From positions 179,629-243,628 of the forward strand of contig DAISYQ010000001.1 in the NCBI GenBank assembly GCA_036825195.1: a DNA stretch of 64,000 nucleotides, read 5' to 3'. Shown piece by piece: positions 19,388 to 29,500 of this stretch. A program made the translations under genes and the position numbers. The notes under the pieces were generated by a model that was not told where the DNA came from, searched no databases, and saw only the letters and a list, made by a program, of their open reading frames with translations. The stretch's first letter is position 1, and the number at the start of each line of letters is the position of its first letter. Source of the stretch: Syntrophales bacterium (GTDB taxonomy: Bacteria; Desulfobacterota; Syntrophia; Syntrophales; UBA2210).

Positions 19388-21064
19388 TTATCCCTGCCGC
19401 CCGCTGATCATGTCGATATTCGACTTCCCCGGGGGGATGATCGGGTAGACATAGTTGTCGGGATCGACCATGACCTCCAGCAGGAAGGGTCCCGTGGAGG
19501 AGATCATCTTCTCAATGCCGGCAGCGGCATCGCCAACCGGAACTCGGTCCGCCTCGATCCCGAATCCTCGGGCGATGGCAACCAGATCGACCGTGCTGGT
19601 TCCCAGTTCGATATCACAGAACCGAGCCCCGTAGAAGAGATCCTGAATCTGCCGGATCATGCCAAGGTTCCCGTTGTTGAAGACCACGATCTTGATCGGG
19701 ATCTGGTAACAGGTAACCGTGACGAGTTCCTGTATGTTCATGAAGAAACCGCCGTCCCCGGAAAAAACGACCACGGTCCGGTCCGGCGCCCCCATCTGAA
19801 CGCCCATAGCCGCGGGGAGACTGAACCCCATGGTCCCCAGCCCGCCCGGCGTAATCACGCTCCGAGGCGCCTTCGCCTTCCAGGACCGCAGGGTCCATAT
19901 CTGGTTCAGCCCCACATCAGTGATCGCGGTGGTCTTCTCCGGCATGGCCGCCTGGACATCCCGGATAAACGGCCCCACCGCTCCGCACTCATCCATCGCT
20001 CCGTTCTGATCCCGGGCCTCTCGTTCCCGTTTGATCCGTTCCAGCCAGTCCTTTCGATCCTTCTTCTCCACGAGGGGGATGAGCCCGGCCAGGGCCTCAC
20101 GGATATCACAGACCAGGGATAGATCCGCCTTGATAACCTTGCCGATGGATGATGCATCGATATCGATCTGCGCGATCGTAGCCAGCGGGGCGAATTCCGA
20201 GACAATTGATGTGCTTCGGTCACTGAAACGGGCCCCGATCGTCAGGATAAAGTCGGAATCGTGCACGATGCGGTTGGCCAGTTCATTCCCGTGGGTTCCG
20301 ATGAACCCCAGGTTGTACCCGTTCGCGGCGGTCACCGAACCGATCCCCATCATCGTCGATACGAAAGGGATACTTCCCTTCTCGATCAGCCCGGCCAGAC
20401 CGTCGCAGGCCTGGGCGAGTTTCACTCCTCCGCCGATCAGGAGGACCGGCCGCTCGGCCCGGTTCAGAGAAGCGGCGATATTCCGAAGTTGTTCACCGAC
20501 CTGTTCTCCATGGGGAACGGGTTTTATACGCGACGAGGACTCCTTTGGCTCGCTGTACTCACAAGAGGCTGCCATTACATCCCGAGGAAGGTCCACCAGG
20601 ACCGGCCCCGGGCGGCCGCTCCGGGCGATCTCAAAGGCCTCCTTCACCGTGGAGGCGATATCGCACGGATCGGTAACCAGGTAACTGTGCTTTGTGATCG
20701 GCATCGTTATCCCGATGATGTCCGTCTCCTGGAATGCGTCGCTCCCCAGGAGGTTCGTCGTCACCTGCCCCGTCAGAACAACAAGGGGCGTCGAATCCAT
20801 GTATGCCGTCGCGATTCCGGTTACAAGGTTGGTGGCCCCCGGCCCCGACGTGGCGAGACAGACGCCGACCTTCCCGGTCGCCCGCGCATAGCCGTCGGCG
20901 GCATGAGCGGCCGCCTGCTCGTGCCGCACCATATAGTGGCGTATCGAACTTTTCAGCAAACTGTCGTGGATCGGCAGGCTGTTCGCCCCCGGATATCCGA
21001 AGATGGTATCCACCCCTTCGTTCTGTAATGTCTTTATCAGTATGTCAGCTCCTGTCGTTTCCAT
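19388..21064 (-). CDS. ilvB: Acetolactate synthase large subunit (biosynthetic, ThDP-dependent)
   Basis: GADILIKTLQNEGVDTIFGYPG start and the ThDP motif FSGDGGFFMNIQEL...NNGNLGM. 558 aa. Confidence 0.95.
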   Translation of the reverse strand: METTGADILIKTLQNEGVDTIFGYPGANSLPIHDSLLKSSIRHYMVRHEQAAAHAADGYARATGKVGVCLATSGPGATNLVTGIATAYMDSTPLVVLTGQVTTNLLGSDAFQETDIIGITMPITKHSYLVTDPCDIASTVKEAFEIARSGRPGPVLVDLPRDVMAASCEYSEPKESSSRIKPVPHGEQVGEQLRNIAASLNRAERPVLLIGGGVKLAQACDGLAGLIEKGSIPFVSTMMGIGSVTAANGYNLGFIGTHGNELANRIVHDSDFILTIGARFSDRSTSIVSEFAPLATIAQIDIDASSIGKVIKADLSLVCDIREALAGLIPLVEKKDRKDWLERIKREREARDQNGAMDECGAVGPFIRDVQAAMPEKTTAITDVGLNQIWTLRSWKAKAPRSVITPGGLGTMGFSLPAAMGVQMGAPDRTVVVFSGDGGFFMNIQELVTVTCYQIPIKIVVFNNGNLGMIRQIQDLFYGARFCDIELGTSTVDLVAIARGFGIEADRVPVGDAAAGIEKMISSTGPFLLEVMVDPDNYVYPIIPPGKSNIDMISGRQG

Positions 21065-21132
21065 TGTATCCCTTCCTGGTCATCTTTTTGTCGTACACCC
21101 TGATTTCTCGCACGCTGGAGAACTGGGGCCAT

Positions 21133-21174
21133 AAAAAAAGCCGCACCCTCCGTATTCGAGATGCGGCTTTTTTT
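21133..21174 (-). terminator. Second hairpin+U-tract in the ilvB leader (minus-strand RNA AAAAAAAGCCGCA...UGCGGCUUUUUUU)
   Basis: On the minus strand, stem AAGCCGCA/TGCGGCTT flanks a 16-nt loop and is followed by T7. It is preceded by an A7 that can extend the stem. It lies about 70 nt upstream of the ilvB ATG. Confidence 0.55.
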
Positions 21175-21176
21175 AC

Positions 21177-21208
21177 AAAAAAAGCCGCGAGCTTCGGGGC
21201 CCGCGGCT
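21177..21208 (-). terminator. First attenuator terminator in the ilvB leader
   Basis: Minus-strand RNA AGCCGCGGGC-cccgaa-GCUCGCGGCU forms a 10-bp stem (one G-U) followed by U7. It starts 25 nt after the leader-peptide stop codon. Confidence 0.65.
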
Positions 21209-21233
21209 TGATTTCTCTTTTAGTCCATCAGGA

Positions 21234-21317
21234 TCAAGCAGCGGTCCCCGTAAGTACTACGACGAGTACAAGTACGTTTACCACAAGGACTACTGCTCTC
21301 TCTAACGGATGTATCAC
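21234..21317 (-). CDS. Val/Leu-rich leader peptide of the ilvBN operon (27 aa)
   Basis: Minus strand: SD GAGGAGA, 8 nt, then GTG ATA CAT CCG TTA GAG AGA GCA GTA GTC CTT GTG GTA AAC GTA CTT GTA CTC GTC GTA GTA CTT ACG GGG ACC GCT GCT TGA. This translates to (M)IHPLERAVVLVVNVLVLVVVLTGTAA, with 9 Val and 5 Leu in 27 residues. Confidence 0.7.
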   Translation of the reverse strand: MIHPLERAVVLVVNVLVLVVVLTGTAA

Positions 21318-21349
21318 TGATACATTCTCCTCAACTAAATTAAGGGCGA

Positions 21350-21377
21350 ATTGTATATGAAAAGATTCGTTTGTCAA
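21350..21377 (-). promoter_or_regulatory. Near-consensus sigma-70-type promoter for the ilvBN leader
   Basis: Minus strand: TTGACA (21377-21372), 16 nt, TACAAT (21355-21350). It lies 16 nt after the mrcA stop and about 30 nt before the leader-peptide start. Confidence 0.55.
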
Positions 21378-21392
21378 GAGAATTTTCTATTT

Positions 21393-23795
21393 TCATTGTC
21401 CAGAATCGAGATCGTACCGGAAGAATCCTTTGTCTTCACTGTCATCATTGTCCTGTACCGGTTCGGTCGGTTCCGTCCCTTCCAGAAAACACTCAAATAT
21501 GGATTTTTCGGAATCGGGACCGGCAAGCGCCCCTGTTTCGGGATCTATCTTGGCAAATACGACCCCTTCGGGAGGCGAAAAGGAGTCAACCGGTTTACCT
21601 TCAAGCGCCTTTTCCATAAAATAGAGAAAGATAGGGCTGGCGGCGCGTGAACCGGTCTCATATTTACCCAGCGGTTGCAGATCGTCGAAGCCGACCCATA
21701 CACCCGCGACGAGTGAAGGGGTAAATCCCATGAACCATGCATCCTTGAGATCGTTTGTGGTACCCGTCTTCCCCGCCACAGGTCTGCCGAGCGCCCTGAC
21801 TCGCCAGCCGGTACCTCCCTTAACGGCCTCCTGAAGCAGATGCGATGTTATGTAAGCGATCCCGGGATCCACAGCCTGTTCCGATTCCGGTTTGTTTTCT
21901 TCCACTATGTTACCGGTGCGGTCAACTATCTTTTTTATGAAGTATGGTTTTACCTTCTTTCCGCCGGCGGCAAAGATCCCATAACCTCGTACCATTTCCT
22001 GCAGTGTTACACCCGATGTCCCGAGGGCCATTGAAAGATCTCTCGTTATCGGGGTGGTGATCCCCATATTGACCGCATAATCCGCCGCGTAATCTATCCC
22101 GATCTCTTTCAAGAGCTTTATGGTCACCAGATTTCTCGATTTGATGAGAGCGGTCCGAAGGGTTGTGGGGCCATAGAACTTCTCTGAAAAATTTCGCGGC
22201 TTCCACAGGCTGTCCTTCAGGGTATCTTTGTAAATGACCGGGGTATCCATGATGATACTCGCGGGAGTCATCCCTTTGTCAAAGGCCGCGGTAAAGATAA
22301 AAGGTTTGAAGGCTGAGCCCGGCTGCCTCTTTGCCTGCGTTGCGCGGTTGAACTCACTCTTGCTGTAGTTTCTGCCCCCGACCATCGCCTTGATCTCCCC
22401 GGTATGCGCGTCCATGGCGAGAAGTGCGGCCTGTACTTTAGGCTCCTGTTCCAAGGCTAGTTCCAGTTTTTTGTCCGTAACACTTAAGACCTGTACCTGT
22501 ACAACGTCTCCCCTTTTGAGTACATCTGCCGGTTCCTTCACTTTGGCTGTATTATAGGCAACATTGGGATCGGGCACCCTGGCCCACGACATATGCTCCA
22601 GCGTCATGATCCCTTTGTATTCGCCCACCCGTAATTGTACGATCTTTTGTTCGCTGTCCACAGCCACGACGATGGCTTCCACGATGCGGCCTTCCAGCGG
22701 CTCATCCATCTCCACTTCCATGGCTTGCACGAACGAGTCTATGTCCTCTTCCGGCACCTTTCTCAGGACGCCTCTGTATCCCTGCCGTTTATCAAGTTCC
22801 CTGAGACCCCTCGTCACAGCACCACGGCCCGCCTTCTGACTGGTTATATCCAACGTGGTATATACTTCCAGACCTTCTTTATACAGGACGTCACTCCCAT
22901 AGGTTGTCTGGATATATCGCCGAACATTTTCGGTGAAATAGGGAGCTATCTTAGCTTTATCCTCCGCCTTCTTCAGCTGAATCGGCGCTTCAAGGGCCTC
23001 CTTCTTCTCCGCTTCTGTTATATACCCATCTTCCGCTACCCTTTGCAGAACATAGACCAGTCTCCGGCGGGCACGTTCGGAATGCAACAAAGGAGAATAC
23101 CGATTAGGAGCCTTGGGAAGACCGGCAAGGAGAGCGGCTTCAGCAAGGGTCAGCTTCTCAGCGGCCTTTCCAAAATACTGTTGTGCCGCAGCCTCTACTC
23201 CATATGCCCCATGTCCGAGGTATATATGATTCAGATAGAGATTGAGTATTTCATACTTATTCAAGTATCTGTCTATTTTATAAGCAAGAATGGCCTCTTT
23301 CAGTTTTCTGATATACTTTTTCTCGGGGGACAGGAACAGTGATTTCGCTACCTGCTGGGTAATGGTACTTCCTCCCTGGACGATGGCTCCGGCTTCCACA
23401 TTCTTGAAAAAAGCCCTGGTAATGCCCTGGAAATCGATCCCCTGATGTCGAAAAAAGCGGGCATCTTCCGCCGCCACAAATGTTTGTATGACAAATTTCG
23501 GCAGATCGGTGACCTGGACGACTTTCCTGTCTTCAAGGTAAAATTCATCTATCAACTGGCCATCATTCGCATATACCCTGGTTATGATGCTGGGCCGGTA
23601 ATCTTTCAGCGACGCTATGCTGGGGAGTCCGTCAACAAGAAAATAGATAAATCCTGCTCCTGCCACGATCAGCAGGAGGAGTGAAATGGAGGTCCAGATA
23701 AGGATTTGTTTCCCAATCCCCCTTTTTTTCCCCCTTCTTTTCCGTATGCTTCTGAGGGATTTCTTTTCGTTACCCATCATTTTTATCTTCTTCAT
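21393..23795 (-). CDS. mrcA: Penicillin-binding protein 1A (bifunctional transglycosylase/transpeptidase)
   Basis: GT51 motifs (AAEDARFFRHQGID, GGSTITQQ) and transpeptidase motifs (SAFKP for SxxK, KTGTT). An N-terminal basic tail precedes a TM segment. 800 aa. Confidence 0.95.
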   Translation of the reverse strand: MKKIKMMGNEKKSLRSIRKRRGKKRGIGKQILIWTSISLLLLIVAGAGFIYFLVDGLPSIASLKDYRPSIITRVYANDGQLIDEFYLEDRKVVQVTDLPKFVIQTFVAAEDARFFRHQGIDFQGITRAFFKNVEAGAIVQGGSTITQQVAKSLFLSPEKKYIRKLKEAILAYKIDRYLNKYEILNLYLNHIYLGHGAYGVEAAAQQYFGKAAEKLTLAEAALLAGLPKAPNRYSPLLHSERARRRLVYVLQRVAEDGYITEAEKKEALEAPIQLKKAEDKAKIAPYFTENVRRYIQTTYGSDVLYKEGLEVYTTLDITSQKAGRGAVTRGLRELDKRQGYRGVLRKVPEEDIDSFVQAMEVEMDEPLEGRIVEAIVVAVDSEQKIVQLRVGEYKGIMTLEHMSWARVPDPNVAYNTAKVKEPADVLKRGDVVQVQVLSVTDKKLELALEQEPKVQAALLAMDAHTGEIKAMVGGRNYSKSEFNRATQAKRQPGSAFKPFIFTAAFDKGMTPASIIMDTPVIYKDTLKDSLWKPRNFSEKFYGPTTLRTALIKSRNLVTIKLLKEIGIDYAADYAVNMGITTPITRDLSMALGTSGVTLQEMVRGYGIFAAGGKKVKPYFIKKIVDRTGNIVEENKPESEQAVDPGIAYITSHLLQEAVKGGTGWRVRALGRPVAGKTGTTNDLKDAWFMGFTPSLVAGVWVGFDDLQPLGKYETGSRAASPIFLYFMEKALEGKPVDSFSPPEGVVFAKIDPETGALAGPDSEKSIFECFLEGTEPTEPVQDNDDSEDKGFFRYDLDSGQ

Positions 23796-24555
23796 TCGTT
23801 ATAGTGTCGTCATCTCCGTCAGTACTGACACGGTTTTTCTCTCCCATCTTAACAACCCAGACACTTATTTCATAGAGGAGCATAAGGGGCAACGCCATCA
23901 ATACCTGCGTAACAACATCCGGTGGAGTAAACAGGGCGGCGACAACGAACACAAGCAGTATGGCATACTTCCTTTTTTTGGTCAGTGTCGTGGCATTGAC
24001 CAACCCAATCCTCGCCAGAAAAAACATGAAAATGGGAAGCTCAAAGATGACTCCGAACGCTATGAGCAGCTTCATGGAAAAGGAGAGATACTCCTTGAGG
24101 GTAAGCATGGGACGTATATATTCATTTCCGAAACCGACAAAAAATTTAAATCCGAACGGGAAAACAATGTAGTATGCGAAAAGGGACCCGCCGATAAAGA
24201 ATATGGTGGAAAAAATGACGAAGGGCGCCGCCTGTTTTTTTTCTGTTGGAAAGAGACCTGGGGATACAAATTTCCATAGTTGGTAGAGTATGAATGGACT
24301 GACAAGAAAAATAGACGCAAAAAACGAAACCTTGAGATAGGTAAAAAACGCCTCGGGAAGACTGGTGAATATCATGGAACTGTTGTCGGGAAGTACGGCA
24401 ACAAGGGGAAGCGTTAAGACCCAGAACAACTGTTCCCTGAAAAGGTAGCATATGACAAAACCGATGCCGACCGCGATCAGCACCCGCATCAGCCTGGTTC
24501 TCAATTCTTCCAGGTGTTGCGTAAAAGGCATTTTTTCATCTATCTGATCGGTCAT
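23770..24555 (-). CDS. tatC: Twin-arginine translocase subunit TatC
   Basis: FTQHLEELRTRL start with six predicted TM helices and TatC length. The 3' end overlaps the annotated mrcA start by 26 nt. Confidence 0.9.
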   Translation of the reverse strand: MTDQIDEKMPFTQHLEELRTRLMRVLIAVGIGFVICYLFREQLFWVLTLPLVAVLPDNSSMIFTSLPEAFFTYLKVSFFASIFLVSPFILYQLWKFVSPGLFPTEKKQAAPFVIFSTIFFIGGSLFAYYIVFPFGFKFFVGFGNEYIRPMLTLKEYLSFSMKLLIAFGVIFELPIFMFFLARIGLVNATTLTKKRKYAILLVFVVAALFTPPDVVTQVLMALPLMLLYEISVWVVKMGEKNRVSTDGDDDTITNEEDKNDG

Positions 24556-24748
24556 AACACAGACTCACAGTAACGCTTCATGACTGGCATATCCGTGATA
24601 AGTCGCATCGGGACTGATCCGGGCATGTTGGAGAAACCGATACAATCATCAACCATCTGTAGACTCCGGGGAATCAATCATGAATGCAGCATACGGATAG
24701 CGGGTGATTATGCACGTTCAGCGGGAAAAAGATCGAAATCACCGTGGA

Positions 24749-25036
24749 TTATTGTGAATCACGATCCGGCGGCTCCGGGTTATCTTCCTTCGCCTTTGAA
24801 CCGTTGTTTTCGGGTTCTTCCTTCTTTTTTCCATAGAGGACCGAATCCTTAAAATCACTCGCTTCGTCTTTGATCTGTTCTATATTGAGGCTTTCTTTAA
24901 CATCATCGGTGGCACGACGGAATTCCGCGAGCCCCTTCCCGAGAGATTTTGCCAGATCAGGTAGCTTTTTCGGCCCGATGACAAGCAGGGCAACAATAAG
25001 TATTATCACCAACTCCGGCATTCCAATACCAAACAT
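24749..25036 (-). CDS. tatB: TatA/B-family protein (TatB-like, next to tatC)
   Basis: MFGIGMPELVIILIVALLVIGPKKLPDLAKSLGKGLAEFRRA with a longer acidic tail. The true start is probably ATG 25036 rather than the tracked 25069. Confidence 0.8.
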   Translation of the reverse strand: MFGIGMPELVIILIVALLVIGPKKLPDLAKSLGKGLAEFRRATDDVKESLNIEQIKDEASDFKDSVLYGKKKEEPENNGSKAKEDNPEPPDRDSQ

Positions 25037-25199
25037 ACCACCACCATATCCCAGAAAGACTCTGATCATAATATATTATTGCCTGAATCTTTGTCAATCT
25101 GAAATCAAATCTAACCGTTTGCAACTTGCACGGTTCTGTGATAGGAGATTTTCCACATGCAAGGAGACACACAACACCGTAAAAAGGAGGAGTGGCACG

Positions 25200-25487
25200 G
25201 TGAAGATAACAACACAGGAGGTAGGATATGTCGCCCATCTTGCCCGGCTTGAACTGAGTGAAGATGAAAAGGGCACTCTCACCTCACAGCTGAACAATAT
25301 ATTGATGTATATGGATATATTGAATGGAGTGGATACCGAGGGAATTGCACCTATGACACATGCCATCTCCCTCAACAATGTTTTCCGGAACGATACGGAG
25401 ATACCGTCCATCGGAGTGAATACGGCACTTGCCAATGCTCCGGACGGGGATATGGGCTTCTTCGGCGTTCCCAAGATTATAGAATAA
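25200..25487 (+). CDS. gatC: Asp/Glu-tRNA amidotransferase subunit C
   Basis: GTG start after SD AAAAAGGAGGAG. The product VKITTQEVGYVAHLARLELSEDEKGTLTSQLNNILMYMDILNGVDTEG... is typical GatC. The longer tracked ORF (24870) runs antisense over tatB. Confidence 0.85.
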   Translation: MKITTQEVGYVAHLARLELSEDEKGTLTSQLNNILMYMDILNGVDTEGIAPMTHAISLNNVFRNDTEIPSIGVNTALANAPDGDMGFFGVPKIIE

Positions 25488-25539
25488 CCTATTGCATGTT
25501 CGGGTTTGTCCCGGATTGAGACAGTAATCAGGAAAAGAC

Positions 25540-26997
25540 ATGGAACCGTATCAATTAACAATTCATGAACTACAGGAACGGCTGAGTGAAGGGACTCTCA
25601 CATCCGTTGAAATTACCAAATCAGTGTTCCGAAGGATAGCATCCGTAGAAGATCGGGTGCACGCATACATCACCTTGATGGAAGATTATGCAATCGAACA
25701 GGCCCGCGCGGCCGATATGCGCATACAAGGAGGAACCGGAGGTGTACTGACCGGGATACCCATAGCTCTCAAGGATGTCCTGTGCACGGAAGGCATCAGG
25801 ACAACCTGTGGCTCTCGTATGCTTGAAAACTTTGTCCCCCCCTATGATGCCACGGTAATCAGGAAACTGAGGGACGACGGTGCGGTCTTTCTGGGGAAGA
25901 CCAATATGGACGAATTCGCCATGGGGTCCTCAACGGAGACTTCGTATTTCGGCGTGACCAGGAACCCCTGGAACCTGGAATGTATTCCCGGGGGATCGAG
26001 CGGCGGTTCGGCCGCGGCGATCGCCGCCGACGAATGCATCGCTTCTTTGGGTACCGATACGGGCGGCTCCATCAGACAGCCGGCAGCTCTGTGCGGTGTC
26101 GTCGGTCTGAAACCCACCTACGGAAGGGTTTCGCGCTTCGGCCTGGTGGCGTACGCATCTTCCTTGGATCAAATAGGACCCATCACCAAGGATGTGGAAG
26201 ATTGCGCCATCATGATGAATGCGATTGCCGGTTATGACCCGCAGGATTCCACCTCCGTCCCCGCAGAGGTCCCTGATTACCGAGAGTTCATTTCCAGAGA
26301 TATCGATGGATGGACCATCGGCATCCCCAAGGAGTATTTTGTCGAAGGGATCGACCCAGAGATCAGGGCAGCCATAGACGCCACGATCAAAACCCTCGAG
26401 GGTCTCGGGGCACGGTGTCGTGATATATCGCTCCCCCATACCGAATACTGCGTCGCAACGTACTACATTATCGCACCCTCAGAGGCAAGCTCGAACCTGG
26501 CTCGATACGACGGTGTCCGATACGGATTCAGGGCTCCGGATGAAGAAAACCTCCTTGATATGTATAAAAAGACCCGCTCAAACGGTTTCGGGGCGGAAGT
26601 CAAGAGGAGGATCATCATAGGAACTTACTCCCTCTCTTCAGGATATTACGACGCCTACTACAAAAAGGCATCGCAGGTTCGAGCTCTGATCAGAGACGAC
26701 TTCGATCGTGCGTTCACCCAGTGCGATGTCATCCTGACACCCGCTACACCGACCCCGGCCTTCCGTATCGGAGAAAAGATGGACGATCCCCTGCAGATGT
26801 ACCTCTACGACATTTTCACCCTCTCAACGAATCTGGCAGGGATTCCGGGAATCTCGGTCCCCTGTGGTTACACGAAAGACGGTCTCCCTCTGGGAGCCCA
26901 ATTCATGGCTGCTCACTTCAACGAGGGGAAACTGCTGCAAATAGCTTCGGCATGCGAGAATCATGCAAAACACGAGAAAAGGAAACCCAATCTATAA
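25540..26997 (+). CDS. gatA: Glu/Asp-tRNA amidotransferase subunit A
   Basis: Amidase signature [12 protein letters not shown]...[12 protein letters not shown]. 485 aa. Confidence 0.95.
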   Translation: MEPYQLTIHELQERLSEGTLTSVEITKSVFRRIASVEDRVHAYITLMEDYAIEQARAADMRIQGGTGGVLTGIPIALKDVLCTEGIRTTCGSRMLENFVPPYDATVIRKLRDDGAVFLGKTNMDEFAMGSSTETSYFGVTRNPWNLECIPGGSSGGSAAAIAADECIASLGTDTGGSIRQPAALCGVVGLKPTYGRVSRFGLVAYASSLDQIGPITKDVEDCAIMMNAIAGYDPQDSTSVPAEVPDYREFISRDIDGWTIGIPKEYFVEGIDPEIRAAIDATIKTLEGLGARCRDISLPHTEYCVATYYIIAPSEASSNLARYDGVRYGFRAPDEENLLDMYKKTRSNGFGAEVKRRIIIGTYSLSSGYYDAYYKKASQVRALIRDDFDRAFTQCDVILTPATPTPAFRIGEKMDDPLQMYLYDIFTLSTNLAGIPGISVPCGYTKDGLPLGAQFMAAHFNEGKLLQIASACENHAKHEKRKPNL

Positions 26998-28430
26998 TGG
27001 ATTACGAACCAGTAATAGGTCTTGAGGTACACGCCCAACTCCTTACAAAAACCAAAATTTTCTGCGGCTGCTCGACCCGCTTCGGCGAGGAGCCGAACAG
27101 CCACACGTGCCCCATCTGTCTCGGCATGCCCGGCGTTCTCCCGGTCCTCAACAAAAAGGTGGTGGAGTATGCGATGAAGATGGCAATCGCGACCCATTGC
27201 AGGATAAACCAAACCAGCACCTGGGCACGGAAAAACTATTTCTACCCCGATCTGCCGAAAGGTTATCAGATCACACAGTTCGCCTATCCCCTCGCCGAAG
27301 CTGGGTATGTGGATATCGAAAAAGACGGGGGCAAGAAAAGGATCGGCATTACGCGGATACACATGGAGGAGGATGCCGGTAAATCCATTCACGATGATTT
27401 GAGCGGCTACAGCTACGTAGATCTGAACAGGGCGGCGGTCCCTCTGATAGAGATCGTCAGCGAACCCGACATGCGGAGTCCTGAGGAAGCGGCCCAGTAT
27501 CTTCGAAGACTGTACGAGATCCTCGTCTATCTTGAGGTGTGCGACGGCAACATGGAAGAGGGGAGTTTTCGCTGCGACGCCAATATCTCCCTGAGGCCAA
27601 AGGGACAGGAGGCCTTCGGAATCAGATCGGAACTCAAGAATATGAACTCCTTTAACAACGTACAGCACGCCCTCGAATACGAGATCCGTCGGCAGAGCGC
27701 CGTCTTGGACAGGGGAGGGAAGGTCGTCCAGGAAACGCGTCTCTGGGACGCTTCACAGGGAGTCACCCATTCCATGAGAGGGAAGGAAGAGGCCCATGAC
27801 TACCGGTACTTCCCAGAGCCCGATCTCGTTCCCATTGTTATATCCGACGCATGGAAGGAAGAAATTACAAGCACCATCCCCGAACTTCCCATGGAGAAGA
27901 GGGAACGATTTGTCAGTGAATACGGTATTCCGCCTTACGATGCAGGCGTTCTGACGGCAAGTCAGGCTACAGCGAATTATTACGAAGAGGTGGCCCGGAT
28001 CTGTGGCAAACCGAAGATAGCGAGCAACTGGGTTATGGGCGACCTTTTGGCATATCTGAAGGAAACGAAGCGGGACGTAGGAGAGAGCCCTGTTTCACCC
28101 GACGCACTGGCGGAATTGATCGATATCATAGAGGACGGAACAATCAGCGGAAAGATTGCCAAAGAGGTTTTCGAGGGGATGTGGAACTCGGGCAAACGGC
28201 CTATGGACATCGTACAAGAGAAGGGTCTTGTACAGATCAGCGACACCGGGGAACTGGAGCGAACCGTGGAAGAGGTGCTTTTAACGCATCCGAAGCAGCT
28301 CGAACAGTACCGTAGCGGTAAGGAACAGCTATTCGGATTCTTCGTGGGACAAACAATGAAGGCCACCGGCGGCAAGGCAAATCCAAAGATCGTCAACGAA
28401 CTGCTGAAAAAGAAGCTTTCCACGTCATGA
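26997..28430 (+). CDS. gatB: Asp/Glu-tRNA amidotransferase subunit B
   Basis: [15 protein letters not shown] start with the ATG overlapping the gatA TAA (TAATG). C-terminal GatB/YqeY domain. The tracked ORF start at 26721 is inside gatA. Confidence 0.95.
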   Translation: MDYEPVIGLEVHAQLLTKTKIFCGCSTRFGEEPNSHTCPICLGMPGVLPVLNKKVVEYAMKMAIATHCRINQTSTWARKNYFYPDLPKGYQITQFAYPLAEAGYVDIEKDGGKKRIGITRIHMEEDAGKSIHDDLSGYSYVDLNRAAVPLIEIVSEPDMRSPEEAAQYLRRLYEILVYLEVCDGNMEEGSFRCDANISLRPKGQEAFGIRSELKNMNSFNNVQHALEYEIRRQSAVLDRGGKVVQETRLWDASQGVTHSMRGKEEAHDYRYFPEPDLVPIVISDAWKEEITSTIPELPMEKRERFVSEYGIPPYDAGVLTASQATANYYEEVARICGKPKIASNWVMGDLLAYLKETKRDVGESPVSPDALAELIDIIEDGTISGKIAKEVFEGMWNSGKRPMDIVQEKGLVQISDTGELERTVEEVLLTHPKQLEQYRSGKEQLFGFFVGQTMKATGGKANPKIVNELLKKKLSTS

Positions 28431-29500
28431 TCGCGACCATTTCGTGGAACGGGAGTGCCGTGGTGCTGATCGATCAGCGGGCTCTTCCGCATGAAGAACG
28501 ATATCTAACCTGCCGGACATACCAGGATGTCATTGATGCCATCAACAATATGTCCATCCGGGGTGCACCTGCAGTCGGTATAGCCGCTGCTATGGGCATA
28601 GCTCTTGGTGTCCTGAACGCACCTGAAAAATGCATGAGGGAAGATTTCTACCGCATCTGTGACGCCTTCTCAAAAACCCGCCCCACCGCCGTGAACCTCT
28701 TCTGGGCCATAGATCGCATGAAGACCCGTTTCGAGCAGGAAACTTCATCATCTTCTCATGTAGAAACGGGTGCCGTAAAAAGGGCCCTCATAGAAGAGGC
28801 CCGGCACATCCTGGAAGAAGATATCCGAGCGAACCGGCAGATGGGAGACCATGGGAAGGATCTGATACGGGATGGAGACACCGTTCTGACCCACTGCAAT
28901 GCAGGGGCACTCGCAACCGGTGGCTATGGAACGGCACTGGGCGTCATACGGGCCGCCCATGAAGAGGGAAAAACAATCCATGTCCTGATGGATGAAACGA
29001 GACCCCTCCTCCAGGGAGCGAGACTGACTGCATGGGAAATGCAAAAGGAAGGGATACCCGCCACGCTCATAACCGACAGCATGGCTGGTTCCTTTATGCA
29101 GCGGGGCATGATCAATCTCGTGATCGTGGGTGCTGACCGCATTGCGGCCAACGGCGATACGGCCAACAAGATCGGAACATACGGCCTTGCCGTTCTGGCA
29201 AAGACAAACAGGATCCCCTTGTATGTCGCGGCTCCCCTTTCCACAATCGACGGTCACACAAAAACCGGCAGAGAGATCCCTATTGAAGAAAGAGAAGGGG
29301 CAGAGGTCCTCCGATTCCATGGTATGCAAATAGCACCAGAGGGCATCAATGCATACAATCCGGCCTTTGACGTAACCCCAAACCGATATATAACCGCTAT
29401 CATCACAGAAAAGGGAATTATCAGAAAACCATTCGGGAAAGGGATCAGCGAACTTCTCAATAGCCCAGGACATCCAGGACTTCGTTCAACTGAAAAATGA
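28427..29500 (+). CDS. mtnA: S-methyl-5-thioribose-1-phosphate isomerase (eIF-2B alpha/beta/delta family)
   Basis: [27 protein letters not shown], and [25 protein letters not shown] motifs. The start overlaps the gatB stop (ATGA). Confidence 0.85.
   Translation: MIATISWNGSAVVLIDQRALPHEERYLTCRTYQDVIDAINNMSIRGAPAVGIAAAMGIALGVLNAPEKCMREDFYRICDAFSKTRPTAVNLFWAIDRMKTRFEQETSSSSHVETGAVKRALIEEARHILEEDIRANRQMGDHGKDLIRDGDTVLTHCNAGALATGGYGTALGVIRAAHEEGKTIHVLMDETRPLLQGARLTAWEMQKEGIPATLITDSMAGSFMQRGMINLVIVGADRIAANGDTANKIGTYGLAVLAKTNRIPLYVAAPLSTIDGHTKTGREIPIEEREGAEVLRFHGMQIAPEGINAYNPAFDVTPNRYITAIITEKGIIRKPFGKGISELLNSPGHPGLRSTEK

Noticed and set aside
19298-21360. Several 200-270-aa plus-strand ORFs (19298-20122, 20031-20684, 20261-21028, 20734-21360)
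   Set aside because: All are antisense to ilvB and its leader. The Thr/Ser-rich tail of 20734-21360 (STTTSTSTFTTRTT) is simply the reverse complement of the Val-codon run of the leader peptide.
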